A stretch of 64,000 bases of DNA from an uncultured bacterium. GTDB taxonomy: Bacteria; Zhuqueibacterota; QNDG01; DTFT01. The stretch lies in the NCBI GenBank assembly GCA_963736115.1, contig CAVTNR010000027.1, positions 96,001 to 160,000 of the forward strand, read 5' to 3'. Each line of letters opens with the position of its first letter. Positions within the stretch are counted from its first letter, which is position 1. Shown here piece by piece: positions 30,573-41,858 of the stretch. A program made the translations under genes and the position numbers. The notes under the pieces were generated by a model. That model made no database searches. It was not told the origin of the DNA and was given only the letters and a program-made list of their open reading frames with translations.

Positions 30573-32051
30573 ATGAACAATATACCGGATGTCAAACTCG
30601 GGATCGCGGCGGTCAGCCGGGACTGCTTTCCCATCCAGCTCTCCCAGAAACGCAGGGACGCGGTGCTGGAGGCCTGCCGCAAACTGAACCTGACCGTCCA
30701 GGCGGTCGAGCCGGTCATCGAGAATGAAACGGACGCGATGAAGGCGCTCGAGGACGCCCGGAAGAAGGGCATCAACGCGCTGGTCGTTTATCTCGGAAAT
30801 TTCGGCCCGGAGGGTCCTGAAACCATTCTGGCCCAGCGTTTCGGAGGACCGGTCATGGTGGCCGGCGCGGCTGAAGAAAGCGGAAACGATCTGGTCAACG
30901 GCCGGGGCGACGCCTATTGCGGCATGCTCAATGCCTCCTACAACATCGGGCTGAGAAAACTGCGTCCCTACATTCCCGAATACCCGGTCGGCGTTCCGGC
31001 CGAAATCGCGGAGATGATGCAGGGATTCGTTCCCGTGGCCCGTATCCTGCTCGGGCTGAAGGGGCTGAAAATTTTCTCCTTCGGTCCGCGACCGCAGGAT
31101 TTTCTCGCCTGCAACGCGCCCATCAAAGCCCTGTACGATCTCGGCGTCGAGATCATGGAAAACAGCGAACTGGACCTGTACGACGTGTTCCTCGGCGCCA
31201 AGGGCCGGCCTGAAATCGCCTCGATCGCGGCCGACATGGCCAAGGAGCTCGGCGCCGGAAACAAACATCCCTCTCTCCTTGAAAAACTCGCGCAGTACGA
31301 GGCCGGCCTGACGGATTTCATGGCCAAGAACCTCGGCGCCTCGACGTACGGCATATTCGCCAACAAGTGCTGGCCCTCTTTCGAGAAATATTTCGGATTC
31401 GTCCCCTGCTATGTCAATTCCCGCCTGGCGTCGAGAGGCATTCCGGTCTCCTGCGAGGTGGACATATACGGCACGCTGAGCGAATACATGGCCGCCTGCG
31501 CCACCAGACTGCCCGTGACCCTGCTCGACATCAACAACACGGTGCCGTATGACATGATCGAGTCCGAGAAAGCCAAAACCGCGAGCCGGAAGCCGAACGA
31601 CCTGTTCATGGGGTTCCACTGCGGCAATACACCGTCCGGCTGTCTTGTCAAGCACGAGATGAAATACCAGCTCATCATGCACCGGCTGATGGAGGCTGGA
31701 AAGGAACCGGACATCACGCGCGGCACGCTCGAAGGACGCTTCAAGCCGGGCCCGGTGACCGTTTTCCGCCTCCAGTCGACAGCGGACACGGTTCTGCGGG
31801 CGTACATGGCACAGGGCGAAGTCCTCGACATCGAGCCCAAATCCTTCGGGGGCATCGGGGTCATCGCCATACCCGAGATGGGGCGCTTTTACCGCCACGT
31901 ACTCATTGAAAAACGTTTTCCGCATCACACGGCCATGGCCTTCGCGCACACGGGACGGGCTCTATTCGACGCCTGCCGGATGCTCGGTGTGGAGGACATC
32001 TCCGTCAACCGGCCGAAATCCCTTCCCTATCCGACGGAGAATCCGTTCTGA
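30573..32051 (+). CDS. L-fucose/L-arabinose isomerase-family protein
   Basis: GNFGPE, GRGDAYCG, KCW, CEVD, FHCG and FPHH motifs; RBS before ATG 30573; lies in the ara operon. Confidence 0.85.
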   Translation: MNNIPDVKLGIAAVSRDCFPIQLSQKRRDAVLEACRKLNLTVQAVEPVIENETDAMKALEDARKKGINALVVYLGNFGPEGPETILAQRFGGPVMVAGAAEESGNDLVNGRGDAYCGMLNASYNIGLRKLRPYIPEYPVGVPAEIAEMMQGFVPVARILLGLKGLKIFSFGPRPQDFLACNAPIKALYDLGVEIMENSELDLYDVFLGAKGRPEIASIAADMAKELGAGNKHPSLLEKLAQYEAGLTDFMAKNLGASTYGIFANKCWPSFEKYFGFVPCYVNSRLASRGIPVSCEVDIYGTLSEYMAACATRLPVTLLDINNTVPYDMIESEKAKTASRKPNDLFMGFHCGNTPSGCLVKHEMKYQLIMHRLMEAGKEPDITRGTLEGRFKPGPVTVFRLQSTADTVLRAYMAQGEVLDIEPKSFGGIGVIAIPEMGRFYRHVLIEKRFPHHTAMAFAHTGRALFDACRMLGVEDISVNRPKSLPYPTENPF

Positions 32052-32089
32052 CCCATTATCCCGGTCCGCTTTCGGAGGCCGTTCAGACC

Positions 32090-32121
32090 AAAGCCCCGCC
32101 CTGTAACCGGCGGGGCTTTTT
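32090..32121 (+). terminator. Intrinsic terminator of the ara operon
   Basis: AAAGCCCCGCC-loop-GGCGGGGCTTTTT. Confidence 0.85.
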
Positions 32122-32263
32122 CATTTGCTTGACTTGAAAAAATACCCTACCTTATGAGGTGCGAACCGGAACCGGTGGGCGTTCCTCTTCCGGATGGCAG
32201 GAGCAAGAATCCTTCCAACGGAGATTCGGCCGAAAACCGCGCATCCGAGAACGGAGGAAGCGA

Positions 32264-33202
32264 GTGACCCAGATGTACCCTTTCTACCCCGTCAAGCGTT
32301 TCGTGACACCGGCCCCGATTCCCTTTATCGCCGCCGCAGAAGCGCTCCCGGACAATCAGCGCATTCTTGTTTTTCTGCCGCACTCGGACGACGGCCGGTA
32401 TTTCGGCGGATCGCTTCATCTGCTCAACCGTCGGAACGCAGTCCGCATCGTGGTCATGTCGCCCGGGTTTCTCGGCGTGGACCAGGATCTGCCGATCGAG
32501 AAAAAAACCCGGCTGCGATGGGAAGAAGCCGTTTCCTGGGCGCGGGTGCTGGGATTCAAGCCCGAACAGCTGGTTGATTTCAGGGCTGATCAGACCTATA
32601 CCTCCCAGTCCGTCGATGCGGGTGAGATGGAACGCCTGCGGTCCTTCATCGCGGAACAATCGCCCACCATGGCATTCATTCCGAATCTCAGCGATACCGC
32701 CCAGGCCGTCAATTACAACACGCGCGCCATGGTCATCGCTTCCCTACTCTCCTTTATCGAGGAGCGGCACCGTCGCGAGCCCTCCGCTTTATCGCCATTC
32801 CTGCTGGTCGAATACCCTACCAACCATGTGCCCATTCTGCCCCCTTCGGACCGGAACTTCGTCATTTTTTTCAACGATCCGGTTCTCTCCCGGCTGAGAC
32901 GCGAAGCGAACCTGGAGCACCGCAGTCAAAGCACCTCCTGCTTCGACATCACGGAGTCGCTGGTCGAGGCGGTTCACGCCATCTCCGAGGCCGATACCAT
33001 CCATTACCTGCAGAAACGGCAGACCTGCGCGGAGGGTCTGAGGAGCATCACGGTCGATCCGCGAACGTCGCGGGGCGAGCATTTCGGCGTGACCAAGCTC
33101 GACGTGAAAGGCGATCCGCCTGCCATTGTCGAGCTCCGTCTGGAATTTCCGCTTTCCGAAACGGACCGGCAGGTCTGGAACCGGGAGGTGGCGGGGGTTT
33201 GA
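32264..33202 (+). CDS. PIG-L/LmbE-like deacetylase-fold protein
   Basis: ILVFLPHSDD motif, R.EEA, H.SQ; GGAGG RBS before GTG 32264. Confidence 0.65.
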   Translation: MTQMYPFYPVKRFVTPAPIPFIAAAEALPDNQRILVFLPHSDDGRYFGGSLHLLNRRNAVRIVVMSPGFLGVDQDLPIEKKTRLRWEEAVSWARVLGFKPEQLVDFRADQTYTSQSVDAGEMERLRSFIAEQSPTMAFIPNLSDTAQAVNYNTRAMVIASLLSFIEERHRREPSALSPFLLVEYPTNHVPILPPSDRNFVIFFNDPVLSRLRREANLEHRSQSTSCFDITESLVEAVHAISEADTIHYLQKRQTCAEGLRSITVDPRTSRGEHFGVTKLDVKGDPPAIVELRLEFPLSETDRQVWNREVAGV

Positions 33203-33205
33203 AGA

Positions 33206-33416
33206 AGTTCATAGTTCATAGTTCATGGTAAATAGTTTTGGCCCCCCATAACAAAAGACCTGAAAGGTCTACCGGACCTTTCAGGTCTTTTTGATAACCC
33301 ATCACGGGATTGTCCACCCCACCCTGGATCCCCGATAGAACAGCTCGGGGATGACCCCCAGCCCTTATCCCGAAACACTCATTTTTCTATGAACCATGAA
33401 CTATCAACTATGAACT
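33206..33416. repeat. Composite intergenic repeat: inverted heptamer arrays (AGTTCAT)n...(ATGAACY)n enclosing two hairpins
   Basis: Arrays at 33206-33237 and 33387-33416; hairpins AAAAGACCTGAAAGGTC..GACCTTTCAGGTCTTTT (~33253-33291) and ATCCCCGA..TCGGGGAT (~33328-33352). Confidence 0.8.
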
Positions 33417-33417
33417 T

Positions 33418-34440
33418 TTAAAAAGTCATCCCGATCGAGAACTTCTGGATCTCCTTCAGCACCCCGAAATCCGCCCACGCGTAGTCCAGCATCAGGGACG
33501 ATGTTCCGAACATCCTGTATTGCACGCCCCCGCCGAACGTCAGACCCTCCTCGCTGTCCTTCGCGAACAGGCTCTTGTATCCCGCGCGCAGAGCCACCAT
33601 CCGGTGAAACACGTACTCCGCGCCCACGTTCACGCTCTCCACGTCGTCGTTCGGATGAAGCGCGTCCACCGCCAGCGTCAGATTGCTGTCGTACAGACCC
33701 TTCAGAACGTCCACGCTCATCCCCACACGGAACAAAAGCGGCATGTCCCACTTGTCCGTCTGAAGATTCGCGTTGATGTTCGGGTTGTTCCCAGACACCG
33801 TCGCGTCGATGTCCTTCTGTACCAGCGCGTCCTGGCCGCCCATCTGCATCTTCGTCCCGTAATTCGATATGCTCATCCCCAGACGAAGACCCTCCAGCTG
33901 GGTGTCGAACAGCGTCCCCACGTCGAACGCCATGCCGCGCGCGTTCATGTGGAAGATCTTCTCCTGAACGTATTTCGCGTTGAACCCGATCGAAAACCGG
34001 TCCGTCAGATTACGGGCGTAACTCAGCGCGAACGCGTAGCTCCCCGCCGAAAACGTCTCGCCCGTCCCCTCCGGCTCCATCGTCGTCGTCCGGTCCATGT
34101 CCCCCATCGTCAGGAACTGAGCGCTCACGCCCAGAACCCCCACGCCACCCACCGGAACCGCAACCGCCGCGTGGTTGTACGCGATGTCCGCGATCCACTG
34201 CGTGTTGCTGAACGACGCCTGGCCGCCCTTCATCCGGGCGATCCCAGCCGGATTCCAGTACACCCCGCTGATGTCGTCCACCACCGACACGAACGCGCTG
34301 CCCATGCCCACGCCCCGCGCGCCCTGGTCGATGTTCAAAAACGCCGCGGACGTCGTCCCCGCCTTCGTCACCTCCCGGCCGTATGCCGGGAAGGACACCA
34401 GAAGCGCCAATCCCACAAGTATCAGCTTTTTCATCTTCAT
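33418..34440 (-). CDS. porV: PorV/PorQ-family (UPF0164) outer-membrane protein, copy A
   Basis: FLNIDQGARGVGMG, YWNPAG and AFDVG motifs; terminal F. Confidence 0.85.
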   Translation of the reverse strand: MKMKKLILVGLALLVSFPAYGREVTKAGTTSAAFLNIDQGARGVGMGSAFVSVVDDISGVYWNPAGIARMKGGQASFSNTQWIADIAYNHAAVAVPVGGVGVLGVSAQFLTMGDMDRTTTMEPEGTGETFSAGSYAFALSYARNLTDRFSIGFNAKYVQEKIFHMNARGMAFDVGTLFDTQLEGLRLGMSISNYGTKMQMGGQDALVQKDIDATVSGNNPNINANLQTDKWDMPLLFRVGMSVDVLKGLYDSNLTLAVDALHPNDDVESVNVGAEYVFHRMVALRAGYKSLFAKDSEEGLTFGGGVQYRMFGTSSLMLDYAWADFGVLKEIQKFSIGMTF

Positions 34441-34480
34441 GTCTCCTTGATATCGTCTATCGGAGCCCGATTCCCTGGTC

Positions 34481-34595
34481 AGTTCATGGTTCAGAGTTCA
34501 TAGCTCATAGTTAAAAAAGATTTCTTGTCGCTTCATCTTTTCCGTTGTTCACGATTCTCTTTCAACCATGAACTATGAACCATGAACTATGAACT
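34481..34595. repeat. Inverted heptamer arrays between the CTD-protein gene and porV (copy A)
   Basis: AGTTCAT-type array at 34481-34512; ATGAACY-type array at 34564-34595. Confidence 0.85.
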
Positions 34596-34596
34596 C

Positions 34597-37500
34597 TTAT
34601 TTGACGATCGCGAACTTCCCGACCTTTTGCCCGATGTCCCCGGCGTCGACGTGATAGATGTACACGCCGTAGGCGACATCCAGGTTGTCCTTGGACCGCA
34701 CATCCCAGATTTCGGTGCCGTTGGAGGCGGCCGGAGTGTTGTGCTCGAGCGTCTGAATGAGCTGGCCGCGCACGTTGAAGATCTTGATCGTGCACACGGC
34801 CGGAAGGTGGGTGAAGTGAATCTCACGAGGCCCGCGTCCGTCGGCGTAAGGATTCAGGGCTTCAAAGGAATTGGCCACGATGTACGGATTGGGCACGACT
34901 TTGATGAGGTCCAGCTGGGTCTCCGCTATCAGGTTGCTGACATCTTCTCCCTGAACGGTGAACTCGAACACGTCCTGGCTGCGGAACGGCTTGAGCAGGC
35001 GGACGCGCATGGTGTCCCCCGCCGCCGGATTGGCGAGCGAGTCGTTCACCATTCGCACGAGCCAGCTCGACAGCAGCACCGAACCCGTGTCCGGCGCGAC
35101 GATGGTGATTTCGTCGGCCTGCGCCCGCACCGTAAACGCGGAGAAGACGCCGTCGTTGCCGTCATTTTCGATGAATCCGAACGGCATCCGCTCCCGGGTG
35201 ACGGGGTCCTGAACCGTGAAATTGACCGGGACTGCGGGCATGAGACGGCCCCTGCGCATGAACGCGTCTGAGGTGTCGACTCCTGCGGGTCCGATGACGA
35301 TGTCAAAATCCCGCGACAGCGGAATTTCCTTCTCCTCCCGGTACGCGTACGGCAGGCAGGTGAAGCTGTTGAGGCCGACTCGGCTCCAGCCGCTGGTCAG
35401 CGTGTCCATCTCCAGATACCGCTCGTTCTGGAGCGTGAGTTCGAAACCGTCGTACGGGGGGAACTTGATCGTCTGCTCGGTCCAGGGAATCTTATCGACG
35501 ATCACACGCCCCTCGGTCTGGTCGACAAGACTGACGTTCTTGGTGAAGATCGTGTCCGCGAAGCTCCGGACCACCTTGAGCGTCTCTTCAAAGGCGATGC
35601 GGTACACGTGATTCGGCTTCACCACGGCCGGATCGAGTATCGAGAGGTTCACCCGGCCGCTGGTCGTACCTCCCGGCAGAAGCGCAACTCCCGGTGAAGA
35701 AGCCGGCAGGTATCCGGCGGACGGCGCTTCGGGCCGGACCACAACCACGTTTTTGCCTTTCTCGTCCACGGTCCCGTCCGCGGCCATGGAGATGAATTTC
35801 GAACACTCAGAAGGCGGAATGGACATGCCCTCGCCGCGGTCATAGGATGTGACCGCATAGTAGTACGTGTAGCCGTTCTTGGCTGTGTTGTCGACGAAGG
35901 AATGCTCGATGCCCGTGTCGTCGCCGAGATAGAACTGCACGCCCCGGAGTCCGACCGGCGAGTAGCCGGTGATGCCGTTGGCCAGATCGAACTGGACCAG
36001 CGGCTTGCGGTAGGTGACGGATCCCGAACCGTCGGTGATGGGCGTCATGTCGTTCCAGCCCGGATCCGTGGAACGGTAAATCCGATACCCCTCGAAGTCG
36101 AATCCGCTGATCGGATCGTAGCTCTTCTCCGCAATGTCGTTCCAGTACAGCGTGACCTGTCCGTTCCCAGGAACCGCGTTCAGAGTGGGGATGATCGGCG
36201 CCTTGGCGAAATTGTAGTTTTCGTCATAGGCCCGCGCCATGTAACGCTTGTTGGTGACCAGTTCGTCCAGTCCGAAGCCCAGCACAAGCCCCATGGAGAA
36301 CCGCTGAATGAACCCGGGCTGCATCGGGAAATATCCGGCGCCCCAGAACAGTTCGGTATTAGCCCGCGTCATGGTCTCCGTGAGTTGGCCCGGCCGGACC
36401 TTGGCCCAGACGGCTTCGTCGTCAGACTGGGCGAAACTCGTCCAGGCGTACATGTTGAAGCTCGTCAGGCCGATCATGTCGGTTTCGGAGATGTCCGTCT
36501 TGTCGAAATGGGGCTCGCCGAGCGTCGGCTGTCCGTCCCGTTCTCCAGGATCTCCGGTGTCAGCAGCGCCGTCGCGCTCCGGTGTCGTCGAGCAGGGCGT
36601 TCCAGTCCCCGTCATTGTCCAGGCTGTCGTCGCGGCGTTCGTCGATGAGCTTGTTGTCCAAACCCGCGCCGGTGAGGTAATTGATGTACTTGAGCCCCGT
36701 GTTGATATACCGGGAAACCGATCCCACGGTCGTCCCGTTGTTCTCGTCGATGATGCCGTTGAGGTTGTCATCAACCAGATTATTCGGCACTTCCACGAGC
36801 GAACTGCCGGCCGCGAAATTAAAAGTCTGGTCGATGTAACGGACCGTGACGCCTTCCGCCGGCATGGTGGTCATAGTACGCGCGTATGTGGTGTAATCGA
36901 TCAGTACGATCGGATCGCCTGCATTGACGGTCTGGGGATTGAACGTCGCCTCGGTGATGACGGGGCCAGGACCGTTTATGCCGTCTCCGTCATTGTCGAT
37001 GCCGTCCACCGCATTGCCCGGACTTTCCAGGAACGCGCCGCCGATCCACCCAACCGGCGTCCATCCGCCGGCGCCGATATTGTCGTCATCCCACAGGTAG
37101 GCCATGTCCTCTTCGAGACTGTAGGCGCCGTCGTCATCGTCGCCTTCGCCGCCGTACACGGTGTTGGTCTCGCCGACGTTGTTTCCGATCTTGTAGCCGA
37201 ATGCCATTTTATTGTGATACGTGGTGCCGATGTTTTCGATATCGTACAGGATGTAGATGCAGTCCTCGACCAGGGCGTTCGACCACTGAAAGCTCCGCAC
37301 CCACATGCGCATGCCGAGACCCTTGCGACTGAAGTCGGTGGTGTCCGGAAAGAAGTTGAATTCCTTGTTCTGGTAGTCGTCCGACACGAAGTAGGCCTCT
37401 TCATCCGCGTTGAACTGGTCCTTCCCGAAATATCCGTTCCAGGATCCCGCCCACCCCGGATCTATGGCGTCGTCGGACTTGTCCGGCCACGCGGCCGGCC

Positions 37501-37984
37501 ACGAATACGGCCACTTACTCATGGCGATCGAATTGGTCTCATCATTGGAATTGAAAAATCCTGGGAGCGGCATGAACGTCCACCACGTTCCTGTGGCGAG
37601 GTCCGCGTCGCCGGCGGAATAATTGCCGGACGATGCGGGATTGTTCGGATTGCCCGCGCTGGTCACCGTGCTGCTGATGTGACGCAGTATCCCGTCGCCG
37701 TCGACGACTTCAGAGCACACGAAAACGTTCGCGTCGAGCAGATACGGATGACCGGAATTGATGGGCCATTCGCCGCCGATGCCGCCCTGTCCCTTCGGGT
37801 TGGCGGCGTTGCACCCGTAGGTGCCGTCATTGAAGAAGGTGAGGCGGATCTGGTTACCCGCATGGAGTCCCTTCTTCATGTTGGCGAAATCGCCGTGCAT
37901 CGATTTCATCTGGGACTGGGCCAGAAGCGCCGGAGCCAGCCCCAGAAGGGTGAAACACACCAGACCTTTGATTATCCGTTTCAT
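34597..37984 (-). CDS. Large exported Asp/Gly-rich protein with FN3-like domain and T9SS type-A-like CTD, copy A; one frameshift near 36575
   Basis: Signal peptide; DGIDNDGDG / DDNLNGIIDE calcium-type motifs; FEGYRIYRS; C-terminal VVPNPY..IKIFNVRGQLI..GVYIY..KFAIVK. Removing one base joins the frames (DDTG-xDGAADTGDPGE). Confidence 0.8.
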
Positions 37985-38003
37985 ATATTGGCTCCTTGAC
38001 GCG

Positions 38004-40976
38004 TTAAAAACCCACCGACAGGCCGATTTGAATCTGGCGAGGAGACGTGTACCAGCTCGGCTGTTTGGCCCATTCCTGCACGGTCCCGATCCGATTGGCG
38101 TCGTATCCGGCCATTTCCGGATCGCGGGTCGAGGTCTCGTCGGCTTTCTGCGTGTCCGAGTAGACGTTGGTCACGTCATGGATGTCGAACACGTTGTAGA
38201 CATTCATGAAAAGATTGAAATTCAGTCCGGCCATCCGGATGCCGCGGTCAATGGTGAGGTCCACGTTCCGCTGGATCGGCTTACGCTGACTGTTCTGCTG
38301 GAGTCCGCTGTAGGAGCCGGAGCCCATGGCCTCGCCCGAACGGAAGGTCGGGGTGTACGGCGTGCCGCTCCAGATGTTCCCGATCATCGAGAACATCCAG
38401 CTTGACAGCCTGTAGCGGACAACGGCGTTCAGCGTGTGGGGCTGATCGAAGCCCATGGGGATCAGGGCCAGACGCTGTTCCTGATTGTTGTTGTAGGCGG
38501 TGTACGCGTCCGCGGGGCTGGTGTAGGTGCCCTCGGCCTTCTGGTAGGTGTAGTCGACGCGGGCCGCAAAATTGCGGGTCATGCGCTTCTCGAACTTGAC
38601 GGTGAAGCCGCGGACGTTCTCGTAGTCCTTGTTCGTGTACTGCATGTACTTCACCGCTGGATTGTAGGTGTCGATCATGGCCGTGGTGCCCACCCAGTCC
38701 CGGACGTCCCGGTAGAACACGGACACGTCGAGACCGATGTCCTCCGTCACCTGCTGCTGCAGGCCGATTTCATACTGGGTGGTGCGCTGCGGTTTGAGAT
38801 TGGCGTTGCCCAGCACATAGGTGCCGCCGCTCTGGCTCATCTTGAAATCCGGACGGTCGAACAGGTACTGGAAGTCCGGCGTCTGGAAGAAATGGCCGTA
38901 TGAGAAATGGATGGCGCCCCGGTCCGTGATCGGGAACGACAGGCCGAAACGCGGGCTGAGGGCCCAGGTGGCGGACGACTTTTTCTGCATGAACGAACGC
39001 CTCTGTTCCACGGTCCACTCCACGCGCTCCGCCGCGGGGGCGTCGGGATTCACGTAGATGTTGGACGGCTTGAGCGGCGTATACACACTCGGATCGGACG
39101 GATCGGCCACGACCACGCTGTTGGCGTCGAAATAATCCATGCGGAGGCCGACGTTCACGATCAGGTCCTTCAGCTCGATTTTATCCTGGAGATAGCTGGA
39201 GAACTCACGCGGCTTTCGGTTGTAGATGGACCGCTGGATACTGGAAACGTCCGGCACGACCGGCTGAAACGGAACCAGGGCGGTGGTGCCGCCCGCGTCC
39301 GTTTTCGCCATCAGCGTGTAGGAGTCCAGTGTCAGTTCATGGGTCCGCGCCTCGAATCCGAACTTCATCTGGTGGATTTGGTTGAGCTGGCTGGTCAGAT
39401 CCAACTTGGCGACCCAGTAGCCCGTACTGCGGTTGTAACGGTTGAGCTCGTTTCCGCCGTTATTGAAGCTGTAGCTGGCGGGCGCGGAATTCGAGTCGGA
39501 AGACACATACCCTTCAGGACCGTCCACGATGGGGAGATAATAATAGGTGCGACGGTCGGTGATGACCTGGGTCAGCTGATTCTGGCCTTCGGCCGTGGTG
39601 GGGTCGATTTCGAATCCGGGCAGTCCGTTTGCGGCGTCCTCCATCACGCGGACGATATATTGAGGCGCGGCCAGGGGATTTGTGTAAAGGTGCTGCTCGT
39701 ATTCATTGTAGAACCGGTTGATCCGGAATTCATAAAACGTCTTCTGGGACAGCACGTGGTTCATTTCGAAGATCTGGGTGAGGCCGTTTCCGCCCTGCCC
39801 GGGAATGCCGTCCGGCGCGTAGGTGTAGGCCTGGTTGTAGTTGCGGTCCTGGTTCCAGTTGTTCCAGAACGCGTTGTATTTCAGCGTGATGTGACTGCTC
39901 AGCCTGTACGCCAGCTTGCCCTGCAGGGTCTGACGCTCGTAGGGGCTGAGCGGAACGAACGCGCTGTCGCCGGGCGTGCCATAGGGCGTGAACCAGCGCC
40001 GGCCGTAGAGGTAACCCTCGTTCGAGACGAAACGGCCGTTGGCGAAGAAGGTCAACCGACTGCCAAGGAAGGGCACCGGACCGCCGAGGTTGAACTCGAG
40101 ATTGTAGTCGGGATTGAATTCCTTCAGCGGGTTTTCCAGTTCGCCGGTGTGCATCTGCACCCCGGTGACCGGATGGGTCCCCACACCCGTGCGCTTGAGC
40201 AGGCTGAACTTCTGGCTCGAAGTGACGTAGTCGCCGACATACCCGTTGATGCTCCCGGACATCCGGTTCCCACCGTCCTTGGTGATGATTTTCACGATGC
40301 CCGACATGGCCTGGCCATACTCGGCGTTGAACGTGCCGCTGAGTACCTGTAGCTCCTGGATCGAGTTGTTTTCGACCGTCACGCCGCTGGAGCCGTTGAA
40401 CACATCGGTCGTGGCCACGCCGTCCACCCAGTAGGCGATTTCGCTGGAGCGTCCGCCGCGGATGTGCAGGCTGTTGCCCTGACGGGTCACGCCGGCCTGA
40501 AGCTGCAGCACATCCTCCACGCTCGACACAGGCAGGTCGGCGATTTCATCCGCGCCCACCGAAGAGAGCGAAGAGGTCATGTCCTTCCGAAAAAGGGGCC
40601 TTTCCGCCACGATGGTGACGCCTTCGTCCGATTCGAGAACCATCGGCTGGAGGTTGGTGTTGAGATCCGTGGTGAAATCGATGGAGACCCGGATCTTCTC
40701 AATCACGGTTCTTTTATACCCCATCATGGTCATCCGTACGGAGTAAATGCCCGGCGGAAGGGCAATGATGGCGTACTCGCCGTTCTCGTCCGTGATCGCG
40801 CCGAAACTGGTGCCTTCTACCAGGACGTTGACGCCCATGAGCGCCGCGCGGGTTTGGGAATCCTTCACCGCTCCCGCGATCTTGCCGGTGGTTCCGGCGA
40901 TCAGCGGCAGGGCGAGGATCACGGGGAGAACGAATACCCCGAACAGACGCGCGAGAAAACGATCGGCTTTTTTCAT
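38004..40976 (-). CDS. TonB-dependent receptor (CarboxypepD_reg + plug + barrel), copy A
   Basis: GKIAG.VKD, HIRGGR, YWVDG, GTFNAEYG, YLQDKIE, SPR.G and FSYGHFFQ motifs; terminal F. Confidence 0.92.
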   Translation of the reverse strand: MKKADRFLARLFGVFVLPVILALPLIAGTTGKIAGAVKDSQTRAALMGVNVLVEGTSFGAITDENGEYAIIALPPGIYSVRMTMMGYKRTVIEKIRVSIDFTTDLNTNLQPMVLESDEGVTIVAERPLFRKDMTSSLSSVGADEIADLPVSSVEDVLQLQAGVTRQGNSLHIRGGRSSEIAYWVDGVATTDVFNGSSGVTVENNSIQELQVLSGTFNAEYGQAMSGIVKIITKDGGNRMSGSINGYVGDYVTSSQKFSLLKRTGVGTHPVTGVQMHTGELENPLKEFNPDYNLEFNLGGPVPFLGSRLTFFANGRFVSNEGYLYGRRWFTPYGTPGDSAFVPLSPYERQTLQGKLAYRLSSHITLKYNAFWNNWNQDRNYNQAYTYAPDGIPGQGGNGLTQIFEMNHVLSQKTFYEFRINRFYNEYEQHLYTNPLAAPQYIVRVMEDAANGLPGFEIDPTTAEGQNQLTQVITDRRTYYYLPIVDGPEGYVSSDSNSAPASYSFNNGGNELNRYNRSTGYWVAKLDLTSQLNQIHQMKFGFEARTHELTLDSYTLMAKTDAGGTTALVPFQPVVPDVSSIQRSIYNRKPREFSSYLQDKIELKDLIVNVGLRMDYFDANSVVVADPSDPSVYTPLKPSNIYVNPDAPAAERVEWTVEQRRSFMQKKSSATWALSPRFGLSFPITDRGAIHFSYGHFFQTPDFQYLFDRPDFKMSQSGGTYVLGNANLKPQRTTQYEIGLQQQVTEDIGLDVSVFYRDVRDWVGTTAMIDTYNPAVKYMQYTNKDYENVRGFTVKFEKRMTRNFAARVDYTYQKAEGTYTSPADAYTAYNNNQEQRLALIPMGFDQPHTLNAVVRYRLSSWMFSMIGNIWSGTPYTPTFRSGEAMGSGSYSGLQQNSQRKPIQRNVDLTIDRGIRMAGLNFNLFMNVYNVFDIHDVTNVYSDTQKADETSTRDPEMAGYDANRIGTVQEWAKQPSWYTSPRQIQIGLSVGF

Positions 40977-41238
40977 GTCGGTTCGCTCCGGTTGATGATG
41001 AATGTTTGGAATAATGTCGAGCGGGAGATGGAATAGACGGTGTGGGATAGCCGAAGGGGACGAATATCAGCGGCTCCTGTACTGGCGGGAGCCTGATGGA
41101 CGGTATTTGGACATTGTATTTGAGACATACCGGAACCCGAGTCTTGAGAATGGATCAGGGGAATCCGGAAAAGTGTCGTCCCTTCCTATCGACAGGCTCA
41201 AAACCGGTCTCTGAGCCGTTTTTCTCGGATGTCTGATA

Positions 41239-41267
41239 ATTATACAAAACCTCACTTAAAAAGTCAA
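41239..41267 (-). promoter_or_regulatory. Near-consensus sigma70 promoter of cassette A
   Basis: TTGACT-17-TATAAT about 260 nt upstream of the TBDR start. Confidence 0.75.
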
Positions 41268-41492
41268 GTAAATTACTGTCATTTCGGGATTACTACGTTT
41301 TCCCAGCCTTCATAATTCTCAGGAGAAAACGGTCAAAGTCAATCAAAAATTGACATATATTCAAATATTAAGTGGAATATTACCTTTCATCATTCATTGT
41401 AGTTGCCTGATCCACAATAACCATTGTATAAAATCATCGGATGTTTCGTAACAAGGTTTCGCTGGTTTCCGTCTTATAGTGCGGTTTTTAAT

Positions 41493-41648
41493 CGGGCGGC
41501 CAGAAGCCTGGTCATTCCGGTTTCAGTTTTTCTGGATGATTGAAAATGGAGCTCCTGGCCGCTCCGACGGGTCGAATTCCCCGATGCTTGCGGCGTCCAT
41601 CATCCAAGTTTCCTGTGATACCCCGCTGCTTTCGGCGGGGTCCTTCAT
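41493..41648 (+). mobile_element. 156-bp palindromic non-autonomous element (IS200/IS605-like), copy 1
   Basis: Homologous to 49885..50040 and 51607..51822; preceded by TTAAT and ends in TTCAT; CCCCG..CGGGG hairpins. Confidence 0.75.
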
Positions 41649-41713
41649 TTGGTGAGGTCCTTCAGGAGCCAGGCATGTTGGCTTGCCTCAGGACGACTCC
41701 TTTAAAATTTACT

Positions 41714-41753
41714 AAACGATAAAGCGCCGGCATACACCGGCGCTTTATCGTTT
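41714..41753. terminator. Strong stem-loop downstream of porV copy B
   Basis: AAACGATAAAGCGCCGG-loop-CCGGCGCTTTATCGTTT. Confidence 0.75.
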
Positions 41754-41858
41754 CCTATCGTTCTGCTCAGCGGGATTCCGTTTCCCAGTCCGCCTCAGCC
41801 ATGATTATTCTGCATCTCAGCGGAACTCGATAACCCGGAACCCTGCACCCGGAACGTC

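Noticed and set aside
41442-41453. TGTTTCGTAACA as a LacI-type operator for cassette A
   Set aside because: Single imperfect 12-mer about 175 bp upstream of the -35, with no counterpart seen at cassette B and no LacI gene in the window.
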